Of a stretch of 28,415 nt of DNA, positions 27,448 to 28,415 are shown piece by piece. This DNA comes from an uncultured Planctomycetaceae bacterium (lineage in GTDB: Bacteria; Planctomycetota; Planctomycetia; Pirellulales; Thermoguttaceae). A program made the translations under genes and the position numbers. Position 1 is the first letter of the stretch. Every line of letters starts with the position of its first letter. The stretch is from NCBI GenBank assembly GCA_964392255.1, contig CAYMQL010000002.1, forward strand, positions 1 through 28,415, in the 5' to 3' direction. The notes beneath the pieces were generated by a model. It made no database searches, was not told the origin of the DNA, and worked only from the letters and a program-made list of their open reading frames with translations.

Positions 27448-27863
27448 TGTGCGATACCGGCGGCGTGTACGCCCTATACGACGCCGACGACAAGCATTAC
27501 CCCGCTGCCAAGCGAGTTGTGGAGGACGAAGTAGGGCCATTGTATTTGCCTGTGGTTCTGCTGGCGGAAATCGACTACCTGCTTACGACGCGGCTGGGCG
27601 TCGATGCAGCCTTGGATTTCCTCCAGAGCGTCGAAGCATTGGCCTTCACATTGGTAGAACTAGCGACGGAAGACCTTGCCCGCTGCCGCGAGTTGGTGGC
27701 TCAATACCGAGACATGCCGCTTGGAATCGCCGATGCCGCCGTTGTGGCGACGGCAGAACGCTTGAAAATCCAGCGTCTTCTCTCTGTGGACGAGCGGCAT
27801 TTTCGAGCAGTCAAGCCGCGAGGGCTGAATAATTTCGTCCTCTTGCCGACAGACCAAGAATGA
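27438..27863 (+). CDS. vapC: PIN-domain toxin
   Basis: CDTGGVYA, LAEIDY, LGIADAAVVA and SVDERHF acidic PIN motifs. Confidence 0.9.
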   Translation: MALVCDTGGVYALYDADDKHYPAAKRVVEDEVGPLYLPVVLLAEIDYLLTTRLGVDAALDFLQSVEALAFTLVELATEDLARCRELVAQYRDMPLGIADAAVVATAERLKIQRLLSVDERHFRAVKPRGLNNFVLLPTDQE

Positions 27864-28084
27864 TGATCTACAGCCGCTCGCTGACGTATAACCATTCGCC
27901 CAAAACACAGCAGGATCAGCCGAAAAGGACAGCGTTAAATCCAGCTTTACGGCAGCGTTAAATGCAGATTTGGACACGGCGACCCATTCTGCGCCATGTT
28001 TCCCGTTTCTTTCGCAACCTCTTGGGCTGCATCAGTTTGGGGCAGCACGTCCCAACATAGGACATCATGCACCACCCCCTAAAG

Positions 28085-28166
28085 CGGAGGGCAAGGGAGT
28101 CGAACCCTCAACGGCTTGCGCCGCATCTGATTTCGAGTCAGACTGCTAACCATTCGCGTACCCTCC
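28085..28166 (-). tRNA. tRNA-Ser(CGA), long variable arm, atypical acceptor/D junction
   Basis: Minus strand GGAGGGT...TCTGA-CTCGAAA-TCAGA, variable arm GCGGC-GCAA-GCCGT, T loop TTCGACT, 3' GCCCTCC-G; 82 nt. Confidence 0.88.
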
Positions 28167-28234
28167 AGGCTGCCTGGCCCGCGGGGCAGACCCTGCAACA
28201 GAGATCGAGACTTGCGCCGCGATCTCCTCACTCG

Positions 28235-28262
28235 ATTCTATCACAAAAGCCGGTCCCGCCAA
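28235..28262 (-). promoter_or_regulatory. Putative promoter of tRNA-Ser
   Basis: Minus strand TTGGCG-N16-TAGAAT with extended -10 TG. Confidence 0.35.
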
Positions 28263-28299
28263 GGCCGGCCCTGGGGCCGCTTGTCGGCGGCGTCTAGCC

Positions 28300-28413
28300 G
28301 CCTGTTGAAATAGTCGTTTTTGTGGAAGTTTGTGTGCCACTGGCTCTGCCAGTGCCGTGCTATTTTGGATCACCCTGCACTGGCAAAGCCAGTGGCACAC
28401 AATTTCAACAGGC
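28300..28413. repeat. MITE-like element: 12-bp outer inverted repeat enclosing a 26-bp REP-like inverted pair
   Basis: GCCTGTTGAAAT (28300-28311) and ATTTCAACAGGC (28402-28413). The inner arms 28330-28355 and 28377-28402 match at 25 of 26 positions. Confidence 0.65.
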
Positions 28414-28415
28414 TG

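Larger units (their letters stand above)
26145..28098. mobile_element. tRNA-Ser-integrated genomic islet (1934 bp att to att), integrase absent
   Basis: Exact 20-bp direct repeat CTAAAGCGGAGGGCAAGGGA at 26145-26164 and 28079-28098, the latter being the tRNA 3' end plus 6 nt. Cargo is AT-richer (24/60 G+C at 26821-26880). Confidence 0.8.

Overview
High-GC bacterial window, probably from a planctomycete (inferred from the REP-like repeat families, the PEP-CTERM/dockerin-like protein and the Ser/Thr kinase). The backbone genes are a HAMP membrane protein, a PEP-CTERM protein, a FixL/FixJ-like two-component cluster, a MTH1187-family protein, a divergent glcDEF-like operon, a Ser/Thr kinase, a PLP transsulfuration enzyme, a radical SAM protein, a hotdog thioesterase, a PNPOx-like protein and an EboB/TatD-like hydrolase. 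Accessory content is heavy. There are two stand-alone MmeI-like (type IIL) restriction-modification genes, one carrying an in-frame REP doublet. There are also two small tRNA-anchored islets with no integrase. Islet 1 (6512-10192, tRNA-Arg(CCT), perfect 45-bp att repeat) carries an excisionase-like gene broken by an amber stop and a tightly coupled three-gene operon: a helical protein with a COMM-domain-like C-terminus, a coiled-coil/OB-like protein and a ComEC-type MBL-fold hydrolase. This operon is the best candidate for an undescribed, probably defensive, system. Islet 2 (26145-28098, tRNA-Ser(CGA), 20-bp att repeat) carries a HEPN-motif protein and a VapBC pair, flanked by arm-site-like repeats. 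All family assignments come from reading motifs by eye; no database search was run.
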